64,000 bases of DNA, from contig BDGG01000003.1 of assembly GCA_001949185.1 (NCBI GenBank), forward strand, positions 1,925,663-1,989,662, in the 5' to 3' direction. The stretch comes from Ramazzottius varieornatus. Its lineage: Eukaryota; Animalia; Tardigrada. Shown here in pieces: positions 51,458 to 64,000 of this stretch. A model generated the notes under the pieces. The model saw nothing but the letters and a program-made list of their open reading frames with translations, did no database searches and was not told where the DNA came from. How positions within the stretch are numbered: the first letter of the stretch is position 1; the number at the start of each line of letters is the position of its first letter. Made by a program: the position numbers and the translations under genes.

Positions 51458-52831
51458 ATGGAACTATATGGCCTAAAGTCCATCTTCTGCCTTTTACCCA
51501 CAATTGTATTGCTCAACCCCTGCATCACCGGTAATTCAATCGTTGTTTATTCGTGAAGTCTTTGACACGCAAAAGCGTTCTGTGGTTTTACGGGGTGAAA
51601 ACCCAGTGCGGAATTTTTCCTTTGCACGAATAACCTTATCCCGAAACCACGTGCGCATCGAGACGACAAACTGATCACCTCGCATTTATTTTTTTTCTCC
51701 GCTTTAGCCGACGATGAGGTCTTCTTTGATACGCCTGCGCAAACCTACCAGGAATTTGTCGTTGGAGCACCCGCTCAAGCCAAACAACAAAGTTCCTTCC
51801 AATCTGCCGGTACAGGTGCCGCAGTGGGAGACGCCACGGGCGACACCGGTACTATCGCGTCAAACCAGGTGCTGAACGTCAACACAAACGATCAAGGTAC
51901 CAGCGTACAGTCGGCCAGCCGCGGCAGCGGGGAAGGCACCAACATCCACGTCTCCAGATCTTCCCAAGCCAAAAGCGGCGGTCAGGCTTCCAAGCAAGGC
52001 CTGATATCAACCGTCGCAGTACGACCAGTACCACCAGTTGACAACCAACCGGTAGTTTCTCCCGACCAAGACGACAGGTCCGCCTTCACTGTTAGCAGTA
52101 TTCCAAGCCCAACTCGCCGTATCCGGACGATGACCTTACCGCCGAGTTTAAGCGTGGAACAGGAGAACCAGCTTCAATCAAACGGAGGAACCGCTGCCGT
52201 CGGCGACGGTACCGTTGACCAAGGTTCGGTCACATCGAACCAAGACTCTTCTCTAAACACGAACGACCAAGGAGCTGTAGCACAAAGCAGCAGTGTTGGA
52301 CAAGGTAATGGAATCAACGTCAAAGTAAACGGCGCCGCTCAAGCCGAGTCGAATGGACAGAGCGCGGACCAAAGTGGGTTCTCGCGTCCTATCGTTAACG
52401 GTCAGCTGGTCCCTGACGGAATGAGGGTCGGGTCCATCAGTCAAAACCAAGGACAGACTACCGGGAAGGGTGGATCGACTGGTGAAGCTGTGGTGGCGGA
52501 AGGTGAAGGTTCGAGCGTGCAAGATGCGAATGTTGAGACGAACGCGGCAGGAACCATTGTGAGGTCGAGCAGTGTTGGACGAGCTTCAGGGAACAAGATA
52601 CGATTATCCGGTGCAGCGAGTGCTTCGAGCTCCGGGAACAATTCTGGACAAACTTTTGTCAATAATAATAAAAATAATCGGGCTTTTGACGATAATGGAA
52701 GCTTTCAACCATGGCAGAATCGCAATGGGTTTTTTGGTAACCGCCTCGATTTAATGCCGGTAAGAAACTCGCGGATGCTCCCGCCTAATATGAGCCCAAT
52801 GCGGTTCGGCTTTTTTCCTTTTTATTTTTAA
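51458..52831 (+). CDS. Secreted protein with three approximately 65-aa G/S/N/Q/T/V-rich repeats, about 398 aa; exons 51458-51530, 51708-52831
   Basis: Signal-peptide exon MELYGLKSIFCLLPTIVLLNPCITA splices in frame to the 51824..52831 ORF. Repeats share AAVGD..SNQ...NTNDQG...QSSS.G.G.G..I.V.G.AQA.S.G. Confidence 0.82.
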
Positions 52832-53095
52832 TGTCAGTTACAGCTCACAGCGAGTCTAAATTCCGACAAAATTTTTCTTTCGCTTGACGATGAGTTGTTT
52901 CGAGCCTTATCGGTAAGAAAAACCGAGCCGCTGTCGATGCGATGCAACTAAACAATACAAGAAGCATTTCAGAATGTATTCGCTGAACGCTTTCGAAAAA
53001 CCGAGGCTATAGCACAGGCGCTCGAGTTCTAAGGTCCTCTTCCGCAATTTCGTCGGCTGAATCCTCAGGAAATATTCCAACGAGCTTGTTAAAAC

Positions 53096-53888
53096 TCAAT
53101 CGCCGTTCAGGCAATGGCCGTCTGAGAACTCCCACTGCGTCCTCAAGATGAACGGCCTCATTTCCTTCGAGATGGGCACAATTGTTCCATAATATAAGAA
53201 AACCTGAAAGATATGCAGTATATTGTGCTGTACATGGATTGACGGATTGACGAGCTTGAGCGAAGCTCTAATCATGAAGCCAGTTAGGAAACCTACCGCT
53301 ATATTCACCTCGTTCCAGAAGAAAAAACGTTTGTCCGAGTAATGTTTAACACCAAATTCTCCGATGAAAAACATACTTTGCAATTCTCCGTATCGAGGAT
53401 GTCCAAATACGATTCGTTCTCAAACGGCCGACGCCTTGTAACTGTATGGTACTGATGCTAAATCAGCCGGCGAATGTCTAGCTGCAGCGCTTCTTTGGGG
53501 TTTGCAGCAGGGAACGCATTCTCTTGTAGAAACTGGATGAGATCGAATTTTTGGTTCAGGGCACTACCCGGAAGCACCGTTAGCTCGAGTGGCCTGTTGT
53601 TGTTCCAGAGTTCTCCCATAACGGCATAGAAGAAAGAATTTTTTAGTCCCTAATGATTTTCATCCATTCATCTCCAGCAAGTTTATCTTCCCTTCGGTTG
53701 CGGTTCTTGACACCCATCTCGGCATCGATACTCTTGATGTAAAGTATTTGACCATTTTCATAGCCACCAGCAGCCGAAACCCGTAATAATCTGTCCAGTA
53801 CCAGTCGTTTGTGCATACTTATATTTATTAACGAGAAAGATTTTTCCACCGACGGAATACATGGTATTCTCCACCGTTTGGGGGACAA
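53096..53888 (-). pseudogene. Possible decayed coding sequence of unknown family
   Basis: Successive protein-like segments separated by single stops or shifts (EWMKIIRD*, FYAVMGELWNNNRPLEL...LDIRRLI*HQYH, FLYYGTIVPISKEMRPF). Confidence 0.3.
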
Positions 53889-54629
53889 TGTGTATACCTC
53901 TGTCGAATAAATTTGATATACAGTTGTCGGCGGTACTACATACAGTAGGTATTAATAGATCGGCAGAGTGGGAGCTGTTTCAGTTCATCTTCACACTTTG
54001 TCGACACAAGTTGTAGTCGTCGTCGTCGACGTCGTTATCGTCGTCGGGTGAAACTTCGGATGGAACCTAATGCACATTTCTAAATGTTCATATAGAATAT
54101 GCTTCTGTACTCAATGTGCAACTGTTTACTTCCGTATTGAGTCAAACCGTATCTACCCTCGTATACGGCTAACCTGGATTTTGGTGCAGGCGATCGATCG
54201 CAAGGCTGTGGGACGCTGAATATTATACTCCGATGCGAATCGGTATCCGCGGGTTCCATTGTTGCGTTAATTTTGGCTGTACGGGTATGTCCCTCTCATT
54301 CTTGTTAAAATAGATCTTATGCTGACTCGCTATTTCCAGAGCGGTCGAAAATTGTTCACTGTCCATTCGAAAACTGTAGTGCCTACTGCTTACACGACTC
54401 AAAACATAAAAAAAGAAGCAAGAGATATCACGAACCGAGTTTGAAAAATCACCACAGCTTTTGATCAACATAGGTCATTTTTGTACACATGTCATATCCG
54501 AAGTCAAGACATTTTAAAAGACCGCCACGAGTCATGAATGAATAATACTCTGTCTTAGAAAATCTGGTCAACAGGTTTTACGGTCAGCGTAGACTATATG
54601 GAGCAAGGCAGACTGAGCTGGCTTGTTAG

Positions 54630-57600
54630 CTATGCATCGGTGGATGCCGGCACAACCCCGTCCGTCGCTGAAGGCGAAGCCGACGATCGCGTCTTGGTGC
54701 GGACGTGAAGCATCAAGCGTGAATTGGGGAAGACACTGCGCCATCTGTCCAACGATGGCCGCACCATAATTTCACCGGTCTGGGCGATCCCTGTTCGAAA
54801 ACACAAAGGGTTACATTCAAGAGCACGTTCTTCGCTTAATGAAGTTGACTTACCCAAACACCCGGCGGACAGTTCCAGCGTCATGTCGGACGTATCAGGG
54901 GACAGATCACAGATTTCGGCAAGTAACAAGATTAACTGGCTGCCGTTTAGCCTCCTGTCCATCGGGACTTGAACGTTGTGGCCGATGGACGGTATGGTGT
55001 CGTTGGACTTGATGGATACGATCACCGACACTAAGGTCCTCGCTGTGGCTTCCGACAGACTTGGCTTACTCTAAAAGCAAACAGTACCATTAAAATCAGA
55101 CCTAGACGAGAACGGCGATCAGTAGATTAATAGTTGCGTTTCAACTCGGGTTAGCTATTTTATTTTGTGAGAAACACGTGATTGATTGATGGACAGCTAG
55201 TTTGCCCATTTGTCTACGTTCTTTTGCTAGCTTAAGCTCTAGCAAGCTTGTTGGAGAAACTTTCTTTGAGCAGTTCTTACATCGTTTGTTAGGCTTTTGA
55301 GAACGGTAGTGGCGCAGCTGGCGGCCAGTAGGACCGGGAAATAGTTTGCATATTTCAAGTCTGTTGGTTGAAGCTGCCAAATGAAGTCTAAATGGACCTC
55401 GGTATTGTATGCTTTGGTTCTGGCAATTGCAAAAGCAAATGCCGCAGTTGTATCTGTAAATACAAAGACTCATTAGAAACAATTAATAGCTTGCTGACTT
55501 CGTCAAACTTCTCCCCCATCATTCATCAATCCATTTGCACTATGACATACCAGCAAAGCTGTACTCCAACGGATCGGCATCCACGCCGAAAATATCCCAA
55601 AAGATCATCAGCAGTTGTTTAGTTTTGCTCAGCAAATTGTGCGAATCTGCCAAATTCTTGAAATGAGCACTCAAGGCCGGAAGTTTGTCCATCACAGCTG
55701 ATTGTATTTCAGTCGGAAGGTTCTCCACGGTAGCTTCCGTGTGATCGAGAACTTGACATCCTTTCTCCAGACTGATAAACTGTCCAGAAGCTCCTAGGTT
55801 GTTCTGTATAGTCCATATTATTTTCGGACAGAGTGGATCGACGATTAAACGTTGGACGGCAGAGTCAACGTATAGCTCTAAACTCTGAGGGCGTTTCACT
55901 TCGGAGTCGGCAGGACAGTCGCGCGAGAGAAAGTCTTCCAGAGAAGGTCCATGTTCCAGGAGAATATAGGTGCGGATGGCTACAACGAAGAGGCGGAGGT
56001 CGCTGCAGAGCGTGATGAGGTCCTCGGTGGGCGTGGCGGCGAACCGCTGGAGAAAATCACCGATTTGGAGGCTGAGAGCAAAGTCAGCTTTGGTGCATTT
56101 AATGACAAAGGTTACGGCGCGTTCGATGGAGATGTCGCGTTCAAGGTTGTGCGAAGGATCCAGGGAGAAATCACTGATGGTCTTAGAACGCTTTGGCAAG
56201 GAACCTTCAACCAAACAATCATAAGGTCGGTCACGCTGAGAATGAGGGATGTCGGCAAACGACTTGCACATGACAGTTTCCAAGTGGCGCACAGGTCCGA
56301 ACAAAAGAAATGTTAACGTGCGCCACTTTAAATAAGAATTAAGTTCAATCTATCTGCCGAAGTCCCATTTTTCTTTTGTATTCTGGTTTTCGAAATTATT
56401 TACCTGCGGGACTTTTGGAGGAACGAACAGTAAGATATCGACCATTTTGCGGATTACCCGCCGACCTCGCTCCGGCACTTCCCGTGCTACTGGACGTTCC
56501 GCTCGACGTCACATCTGAAGTTGGCGTGGCGCGATTCATCACACTCCAGTTATCATTATCCACCGGCCAGCACGTATCGTAGCTCGGCTTCTTCGCCCGA
56601 AAGACCAACACCCTCTCATGCAGTTGCGCCGGCATGTCTTTAGTCAGCGACCCCGAAGTGTTCACGTTCTTCAGGCTGGTCTTCCTGGAGAGAAGTTTCG
56701 AGCCTATCCGCTTCAATGCTCCCACTTTGGACTGGAATGACTCGAGGATATTCTGATCGCGTGAAGGCAGGCATTTGCGCGGGGGCGGGGTGTAACAGGG
56801 AAACTCTTCGGGTACGCAGTCGTCATCGTGCTCGTAGACCGAGACGGGCTCCACGCCGTGGTGCGTGTTCCGCACGTCGGAAGAGCCATCCGTGCTCTCG
56901 GACGAGTCAACGTCTTCGACGTTAACGCTGAGATTCGGCGCTGAGAAACGGTTGCGTGAGACCGCGGCGTTGTTGGCAAAACGACGCTTACCACGACGGA
57001 TCACCCGAGTGTTTTCGTTCAGTAGGTCCGGATGATTCGTGGAGGACTCTTGAAAAAACAGCGACACAGCGTAAGCAATGAAACCGATAAGCTAAAAAAT
57101 GTCAAAAACCATAACTGGAACGAGGGCAAATGTGTCGAGTTTTTATCCCAAGTGGCGCGCGTTCTCAGTGTTGTTGGCTAATAATGTGCGCCACTTGGGA
57201 AACCGATTTCCTTTCTCAAACGATCGACTTTGTGTTTTTCAATTTCGCCAATTTTCTAGAAGTTAGGCCATTGTCATTGCCGCAGTTTCGTTAATTATCA
57301 TCCGCGCCATCTACAACTGCAGGATCATAGTCTGGCCGAAAAGAGGACAGAATATCTGGTTATGGTTGTTTTTCGGCAAACTTCGAGCAGCAGATTTTCC
57401 GGAAATTATGGTTAGGTAATACAGTATGGCCAGGCTTACCGTTGATTGTTATGTCGGGCGTTGTCGGTGTCGAGACAGAGGCGGTGGTGCCTTTGGGCGA
57501 AACTTGCGAATCGTGCAATTCACTTTCGATCCACTCACCTAATGCGTCCAAGTCGCGAAGTGCCACTCCTACTACCGCTTTGGAGGTCTTGCTGGCTGTG

Positions 57601-60600
57601 TCATGGTACTCCAAGGAACGCGAATGATCCCTATTTGACAAGAGGAAACACATGTCAGAAACTTGGAAGCTAGGCTGTGTCGTATTGCTCACATGTATTA
57701 GTCTCAAGTTCCATGCTAGACTCTCTACGGGCGTGTCACCGTCATTCTTCATAACAAGAGCATAAAAATATCCCTTGTATTGAAGACACGATCGCAAAGT
57801 GTCTTACTTGCGGACGATAAAAAAAGCTGGTTCACAAGAAAGTTTCTGCCGATTTAACTCTGAGTTTTCGACCGCGCGAGTTGTTGTTTACAGACTCTAG
57901 CGCTTCTGTCCAACGATCCAGCGATTAGGAAATGTGACAGTGTTGGAAAAAACCGTAGGAAAATACCAATATTTCTCTCCGTCTGCATCTGCCTAAAACT
58001 GTCTCCACTTTCACGCGCAGCAAATTTTGGACCATGTTAGAAATTCAGAAGGAAACTTTTCAAGGTTTTCATAAGTTTTCGTGGATACGCGGCGAGTGGT
58101 GAGAAGGAAGCTAGAAAAATTCCAGCGGAATCCTCAGCACCGTCACCGGAAAAAATCCACCTGGTTTTCTCGAAAACAAGACATGGTCTTGTCGTTGCTT
58201 TCGCCAGCAATAATTACTGTTTCCTCGATTTGGAAAGAGGTTACGTTATGTAGAGGAGGTCGTGAGACTTAGTGGCGGCTTTAAATGCGACTTACGGTGT
58301 CGAGCCATTCTGGCTGATGGAAGACATGGTAAAGTCGGCTGACTTGGTATCCGTTAATGACCAGAGATCCTCATAATCCGACACTTTGGATGACAGACGA
58401 CTCTGCGCTCCAATCTTGGCTTCCCCAGCAGGTTTATTCTCAATGTCAGAGATATTCCCAGAGGTTGAGTCGGGCGAAGCGCGCGAATGCCTTACTCGCC
58501 GCTCAAAGGCCGAGCCATGAGGAAGTTGTAGTTTGGCCGTCGTTGTCGTCGTCTGACGTTCCTCGTTCAACGGAAGAGATTCCAGTAACATGGAAGGGCT
58601 GCGGAGTGCTGACTGGCCAGTCTCAATGTTAACTACAGCGCCAATCGTCATCCAAAAATCTAGAAAAAGTAAATACACTCTGAATTATCGGTGAAGCGGT
58701 ATAATGTTCAACATCATCAGCGATTCAATGCGAGGCTGGGCTGGTTGAAGAAAATTAAACAGACGCCATCGCGCGAGAGAGCGCCATGGTTGGAGAAACT
58801 CATACAAGGCTTTACACTCGATCTACACAGCCCCAAGCCTTGTGCATACAGAGACTAAATATGACGGTCTCTATATACCGGCCACAACGTGTTATGCTGA
58901 TCAATTCGGTACTTGAAACGCTTCACCCGTCAGATCTACTCACGACTTCCGGGCGGAGTCTATCAAGTCATACCATACGGCATTCTTTTACTCATAAAAA
59001 TATGCCTCATAAATGGCGCGAACCTTGAGCCACAACAGTATAATTGCCCATTGCGCTCTATCACAAAAGAAAACTTGTCGACCTGAAGAAACACAGTTTA
59101 CTAACTTCCGTCTACTCGATGAATTTACGAGCTCAGCACATTTCTTGAACCCAACCACAAACATTGACAAAAACGAACAAAAAGTGCCGCACACAAAGGA
59201 CTGACTTTTTACGCCATTCGAATATATCGGAAATGCAGAAGAGCTTCTCAAAAATGTATGTCTGGGGGCGAACGAAACGTTCCAGATTGTTAACTAAAGC
59301 GGCGCATGTTTCCATTGTCACTGGTCGGAAGCGTGCGTCACTTGATCCAACGGTCCTGTACGTTTCGTTTGCCGGGTTCCCATATCCAAAAAGTTGTGTA
59401 TTTTTTTCACAGGAATCTCTTAACGCTTACAATGTTGCAGCTTGGACAAAGAGCTATCAGACGGACGGGAGGACAGAATCACTCGAATGCGACATCACGA
59501 AGCTCTCGAAGAAAACTATAACCAGTTTGAGAGATATGTCATGTAACTCACGTTTGAGTCTGATACATGCAAGAAAATGGACATGGTGCAGAAATAACCC
59601 ACATCACAGTCGGACATGCTGGGCCGGATAATTGCTCATCGAGTGATTTACAGTGCGTCGTGGAATATGAATAATGGAGGACAGTATTGTTGACGTTCGC
59701 TCGCGCGACTGAAACGGGGGTGGTGCTGTCATCGGGAACCGATGATTTCATACACAATACTAGCTGTTGCAATTCAGCACAAGTTATGGGGCGTGGTCAA
59801 CATTACACATGGCGTAACACATTGGAGATTAAACCACGGCTTGGTTTTGATATAATACGGATAGGGATAATTAATATGACACTGTCAGTGTTGAGGCAGT
59901 TATAAGCTATATCGCAACAAGAGAACACGCACAAAACGGCTGTAAATCATGCTATTGTTACACCGGTGTGATGGAAGGTCGAGCGTTGAACGTGGAGACG
60001 CCAAAGACCAAGAGACCACAACAACAATGGGGCAGACCGGTGAGGCTTGAATGATGCTCCATTTTCGGTGTTCGTTACCGCGAGTGGAGTGCGGCTTAGC
60101 GGCTATAATTACCGTGAAATTAAGCTAGATGCTGACACCAAACTGGCTGTATGTCATCAGGCTTCAGCACGATCGGAAACTTCAAACTTCAATCCAGTAC
60201 GAGTGTCTCTTTCAAGTTTCGTGGCGGAAAAATAACAGTTGACTTCTCATCCGCATCGATAGCGTGAAGTGAGCCCAATGGTCACTGGACCAACACGATA
60301 TATCCGAATTAGCCCCTCTTCAAAACTCGTAACAAATTTTTGGCGAGCCTCTTGAGAAATTCGAGTAGTGAACTTTGAGATATTCGAGTCTGACATCCAT
60401 ACTCATCACAACACGTGTAAACCGTTAAAAAAACCCCGAGAAACCATGTGCCCTCCATATGGTCGAAACGCATCCACGAGCCCGTACTCTATCATGCAGG
60501 GTTCTCCGTATGAACTGGCGCAGCACATGCGTGGCGTCTGCCTACAGTGTGCGCACGTCCGTCGGGGACCTATGTAGCTCGGCTCTGTGGACAGTTCTTC

Positions 60601-63600
60601 GTGATCGAGGAAACGTTTCGTCATTGCGGGAAGTTTGGTTCTGCTTTGGCAGTTAGTTTGATTTTTAAAGTTGAAACGTTTCCCTCCCCATGATATGGCG
60701 AACCCGGAAGTAAGGTGAGATAAGACGGCATACTGCACGGCTTGGTCCGGGTCTGAGAGAGAAGCTCGCTGATTAGTGCCTCAAGGAATGATTACTAAAC
60801 GGAGACAATCTTCTGCGTCCGCAGTTGGTTTCAAAAAAGAAAAATTTTGTCCCAAATACTTTAATCAAGCATTCAGCCATATTTCCGATTTGTCGGCTCC
60901 ACATAATCAAATGAGAAAATTGAAGGTGAATGACCCGCAATCAAGTTGGGGTTAGGCTAAAACGGCGACGTTATGCCGACCATAATGATACTGTCGATCG
61001 GTTGATCCGAGTAAGCATTCTCGTCAATAGCACGTTTGTGCTCGGCCCAAATGTTTTTTGTTGTGCGGCAGCTTGACCCTCGTCCACAAGCCACAGTATT
61101 ACTGTCTCTCACACCGGAAAATTTTGCCCTATGGCAAAATATACCATTAACATCAAGCACTTCATGTCTTTCTGGCTTTAATGGACGCTAAAGCTCTGAC
61201 TGGAGTGCGATATCGACTCTGCAACTTATATGCGGCATTAAAATGTTCGTGCGGAATGCCTCAACGCTAAGTGCTTTCTCGTAATTCAAGTATTTACGGT
61301 ATTTACTGAAAATCCCTCAATCCCAAATTGCTGTTTTCGTCAGAAAGCACACAAAATAGATTTTAGAAAACGAATATCAGAAAATACTTGAAGTTATCAT
61401 TGTTTCCTCGCTGAAAGCAGCACCTGAATATTCTTGCATAAATTAAAAAACTTTTGAGAAGCCTTTTTGAAATAGGAAGGCGGTTGGTTTTTACCGTACA
61501 CGTTTTGAAATTGTCTTTGAAATTTCCGTTGTCATAGGGGGAATTTTCGGCTAGTTGTAGTGGCGCCACCTGCCGCATGCATAGTACGCAGTAGCGTGAG
61601 ACTTTGTGAGAGAACTCCAGTGGAACGAAGCGCTGCGCTCCGTGAAAGTCCCATTTATCACCAGCAAAAATTTAGCAACACTTAGAGAGGAAGAATCAAA
61701 AAGCGGCTAATTAATGCCTATAATTAGCCACACCAAAATCCAAACCAGCTCCAACTCTCTTCAACACTCCATGCTTGAAAAGCCGTCTAGAAGCTGTCGT
61801 GTGTTACACTGATCTAGAGATGCAATGGTGCGGAAGAAGAGCGTCGTGCAGCAACAAGCGAGCTGGGTCTTACGCCACACGTCACAGCGAACCTCGCCTA
61901 ATTGTGTGATTTCACGGAGAGACTCACTCTGATTATCAGATCAGACTTACCTGCTGGTTTCGCCACTTTCCCCACCATCTGCAGCTGTTCTCGTGTCTGA
62001 ATCTGATCAAGTGTGCTCGGCAGACAGAGTGGAACTGGCAGTTCGTCCCTGTAATCGCAGAAAGAAAAGTTCTGGTCAGTTTCCAAACTCTGTGTGGAGT
62101 AATCACAGAGCGTCAATCAACGGTAATCAAATTTAGTTAATTGGTCAACATCAAACGTCCTGGTGTAACTGCGCTATTAACTATTTCTGATCTAAATAAA
62201 CGACGATCATTTCGGAGGAAACAATCGGCGAAAATGTTTGGGTGCTGGGCAAATGAGCTGAACCGATCGCAATCTCCAGTGGCGCATCTTCTCGTTGTTA
62301 TTGGCCAGAGTTGTGCGCCACTTGAGCAAACCATCATGTTCAAGTCGCGCATGTTTTCGTTTCTGTTCTCTGACAGCGTGGACCGCTTGAAAAAGCGAAC
62401 TGGTCACATCATTTGTCCGGCATCCAATTTCTCCAGAGGTAACAGCGAAAATCTGATGTTTTAAACTGAAGATTTTGTATATGTTAATGGATAGATTAGC
62501 GTTAATAATCTAAAAGTTGTATGGTGGAGGTTCTCCCGGAATGTTGATTTGAGGTGAAATTTATGCAGATATTCCGGTATTTTATTCCATTGTGTTCCCC
62601 GCGCGTTGTTTACCCGTGAAGTAATGCATAGCCCATTAGCAAGGAGTACAATGGTGTAATATGATCGGTTCTAAACAATCACAAACCTGTTATGCGAATA
62701 ATACTCGACGAGAGCAGGAAGCGAGGGGAAGTGGACAGCTGAGCCTTCCAGGCTCAATTTCCCGCTTTTGTGTTCGATGAGATAGTGTTCGACGCGTTGA
62801 CAAGGATGGCTCTTGTGTTGGTCAAATTCCATAAAGTGTTGCGACGATGGAATATTGACTGATAAGGCCAGAGTGCCGGCTAAACTGGATGGTCGGATGA
62901 TGAAGACTCCCAACCCAGCTGGCTTCAAATAGACTTCGGCTGTCTGCCGGTCAAGCCCCGCCAAGAACCAGATTCCTTGTGTCCCGGCCACTTTCTCAAG
63001 CATTGTTATCTTATCATCGATAAATGGGGTATTAACAGCAGCAGCAAATGCCGTGGACGAACGACCATTCTCCAACCCAGCTACTGACACTGCTGCCCCT
63101 TCAACAACACCTTCGACGCCCTTTAAATACATATTTTGTCTGCCAACTGTATCCACTTTCATCTGTGAAAGACAAAAATAAACAATCAAGACATTGACAG
63201 ATAACAGAGGATAAGAATAACCCGTTCACTCAACACGGCCCTTCCTCCATACTTCCTTACAGGTTCCTCGACTTCAAAGACCAAAACTGCGGTAACAAAA
63301 AACATCCAAAGTTTCCCCTTTCCAACAAATCAATCGAGTAGCATTCGGCAAATTCAGAAATGGGAAACCGGCAAATTCAGAAATGGGAAACCGGCAAAAA
63401 ATCTCAGGACGATTGCTATCACAAGAGGCGCACGCTTCCAGCTAGCAACAATAGAAACTTGCGCCACCAGTGTGAGCATTCATCCTTTTTCTGAACGAAG
63501 TGATCCACAAAGTTCTTTTTTACCACGATACTGCGGGCGAACAGAAGGACGACCCGTGCTAAAAGGAGGTCGGTACTCTGCGCAAAGTGATGGGGAAGTT

Positions 63601-63845
63601 TGCTTACTGCTCACCTTATTAGACTCTTTTCCATTTCCGCCCTGTTGCTGCGAATCTTCGGGGTTTCCGGGGACAGACTCGGAAGTGATTTCCCGTTGAT
63701 ATCCGTGGTGGTGCGGAAGTGGAGTAATCCACGAAGACGCACTGCGGGAAGAGGGGCTGGTAGTGTTGACGCTTTCCGACGTCGCCGCTGATGAAGAGGA
63801 GGCGAGCGAGTAACGACGAATGCCCGAGCTGACATCACTCAACAT
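54630..63845 (-). CDS. Ras and Rab interactor (RIN/Sprint) homologue: SH2, low-complexity linker, helical bundle, degenerate VPS9, RA-like domain
   Basis: SH2 GIWFLAGLDRQTAEVYL...GVFIIRPSS...LALSV...FPSLPALVEYYSHNR followed by DELPVPLCLP (RIN-type); helical bundle at 55551-56235; VPS9-like exon at 55453-55281; ubiquitin-like last exon. The 5' end may extend beyond the window. Confidence 0.85.
63346..63398 (+). repeat. 23-bp tandem duplication in an intron
   Basis: CGGCAAATTCAGAAATGGGAAAC repeated about 2.3 times. Confidence 0.9.
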
Positions 63846-64000
63846 CTGGCTTCCAACTGTAAAATAGAAACCACACCATGGTACACTAGCTTCAATAGTA
63901 TGGTTCAATGTAAGCCTGGCAAACACCAGACGAACGACAGCAATCTCTACGGGCCACACTGTACAGTACAGCCATGACAGTTTGATCGCGCACGGTGATC

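Larger units (their letters stand above)
12658..63468. repeat. Dispersed short inverted-repeat family AAGTGGCGCAC-N25-GTGCGCCACTT (at least 17 copies)
   Basis: Copies near 12658, 13389, 14179, 15221, 17248, 18395, 30619, 30689, 39258, 40252, 42558, 43560, 50173, 56282, 57150, 62277 and 63423. The longest copies extend the arms with TGAACCAGATCGTT. All are intronic or intergenic. Confidence 0.9.

Noticed and set aside
12658-63468. N25 repeats as a CRISPR array or bacterial REP/attC sites
   Set aside because: The copies are dispersed rather than arrayed, the context is spliced eukaryotic genes, and there are no cas or integrase genes.

Overview
Eukaryotic (animal) genomic DNA with short GT-AG introns and high gene density. 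The gene set and the proctolin/FMRFamide-type receptor suggest an invertebrate, possibly a compact panarthropod such as a tardigrade (inference only). Positions 1-11.5 kb are transposon-rich: a TA-flanked TIR element, a LINE ORF1 remnant, an intron-containing histone H2A pseudogene, a decayed hAT/CGGBP1-type transposase, a hAT MITE, a SAP-like ORF and an intact but divergent HP1-like gene. The rest holds spliced genes: a peptide GPCR, two secreted small-residue-rich orphans, a truncated thyroglobulin-domain protein, a membrane protein, an aldo-keto reductase-like protein, COG7, GNPNAT1, a CFAP97-like protein, a RASD-like GTPase, NFATC2IP, EME1, CDK5RAP3 and a RIN/Sprint homologue, interleaved with hAT, piggyBac and Tc1/mariner MITEs. 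The most striking unexplained pattern is at least 17 non-coding copies of an inverted pair, AAGTGGCGCAC-N25-GTGCGCCACTT, whose spacer length is nearly invariant while its sequence drifts. Four intact-looking genes lack key catalytic or binding residues. Gene models were spliced by eye and family calls come from remembered motifs, not database searches.
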